A DNA stretch of 64,000 nucleotides from NCBI RefSeq assembly GCF_018977255.1, contig NW_024704743.1:116066001-116130000 (forward strand), given 5' to 3'. Every line of letters begins with the position of its first letter. Position 1 is the stretch's first letter. The notes under the pieces were generated by a model. The model saw only the letters and a list, made by a program, of their open reading frames with translations. It searched no databases and had not been told where the DNA came from. The DNA is from Callorhinchus milii. Lineage: Eukaryota. The position numbers and the translations under genes were made by a program. Of the stretch, positions 62,701-64,000 are shown one piece after another.

Positions 62701-63379
62701 CCTAGGCGCACTTCTATTACTAAAGCCCCCAAATAAGATAGCAACAAAATCAGGAGCAGAACGTTTGAAAGGGACACAGATAATACAGAGTGGGGTCAAT
62801 GGCCCAGATTGTCTACTCCTTGCTGAATGTGTTACTATATTAAATAGTGTTTGCTTGATACAATTAAAATATTTCTCGGTGTTCCGGGAGTACCCTGTCC
62901 AGAGCAACAACAACAACAAAATTACATTTGTATAGGGCCTTTCACATCGGGAGGACGTCCCAAGGCGCTGGACATATACAAAGCATATAATACATGGGTC
63001 TGCTATTCACCTTCCCCTTCAATTTAGACAACGTTACTAAGCAAAGTAAGTCGAAATGGATCTCACCTGGTAGGTAAATTCAGGGCGCTTGTGTAACTAA
63101 TTGTTAGTTGTCTGCGACTGGTGAATTTCATTCTGGAATCAGATTGCGAAATCTATCAGGTTGGGGACTTCTCTTCGTTTCACAGGAAGACCTGTCAGGT
63201 CCCTGCGTATGGGAAGAATCTCCCCGAGCCTTGCAATTAAGGTCAACATAGCTAGTGAACTAGCATACAATAATCCTCCTCTTCGATATAGGACCTTGTC
63301 ATGTCATCGAGGCATCTCAAAGCGCTTCAGGGTTCTTTCTCCTCATGCTCTCTACCCACCCACTCCAGCAGATCGACAA

Positions 63380-63705
63380 AATAATAATAATAATAATCCT
63401 TGCATTTGATATAGCGCTTTTCACGTCAGGAGAATGTCCCAAAACGCTTCACAGAACACACTGTAAAGTGAATTGACTGTATATTTGTGGACGAACGCGG
63501 CAGCCAATTGCGCACAGCAATGTCCCACAAACAGTTGCAGATTGAAAATGACCAATTTATTATTGGTTTTGGTTTTGGAGGGATTATTATTAGGCTCTGT
63601 GTGGAGTAAGGAAACTTGCCCAAGGTTTCGCCCTCTGCCTGGAATTGAACTCAGGTCTCTCGCTTGCAAAGCGAGTGCTCTAACCACTGAGGTACAGGAC
63701 TCCAC
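63380..63705 (-). mobile_element. Family B SINE, short form
   Basis: Reverse complement of 48579-48897 with a nearly identical internal junction. Confidence 0.85.
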
Positions 63706-63974
63706 AAAATACATGACGTTCACACAGTCATCTAGTCACTGATCTACGAGTAACAGGATTCTGTGCAGAAGCGTGGCTTTCTTCCAAATGGTGCGTGTGA
63801 AATTAGTCCTGAGTCATTAGAGGTGCAGTCATATTTGTTACTGAGTAATTGTGAATAAAGCATCAATACCTGACTGAGCAATCGCCAGAGCAACTGTTGC
63901 AATTCTGGACTGGTTTATAATATGAATGATTCAAATTCATATGGCTTAATTCTGCTTTGTGGTGATTCCCCCCT

Positions 63975-63995
63975 TCTCTCTCTCTCTCTCTCTCT
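63975..63995. repeat. (CT)n microsatellite
   Basis: ctctctctct run at the window end. Confidence 0.85.
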
Positions 63996-64000
63996 TGCTA

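Noticed and set aside
56183..64000. Next FN3 exon
   Set aside because: I recognised no convincing FN3-coding exon, so the intron probably extends past the window.

Overview
Vertebrate genomic DNA, probably from a cartilaginous fish; this is inferred from the DeuSINE/SacSINE1-like, L2 and CR1 repeat content. It contains five + strand coding exons (266, 79, 116, 175 and 294 bp, all AG/GT-bounded and phase-compatible) of a type IIB receptor tyrosine phosphatase. The best call is PTPRM-like, with some PTPRT-like residues. The exons encode most of the MAM domain, the Ig domain and the first FN3 repeat; I found neither the upstream nor the downstream exons in the window. The introns are packed with retroposons: young and old L2 LINEs with (TTG)n tails, a CR1 LINE, and dozens of tRNA-derived SINEs with two different heads that share an L2-like 3' stem-loop tail. 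Many are nested inside one another. I see no prokaryotic-type system, CRISPR array or credible novel ORF. The most interesting signals are a modular SINE/L2 family with head-less inverted-terminus derivatives, nested insertions with visible target-site duplications, and unusual MAM-domain changes in the phosphatase. Homolog comparisons are from my recall of the human proteins, not from a search. Repeat boundaries are approximate.
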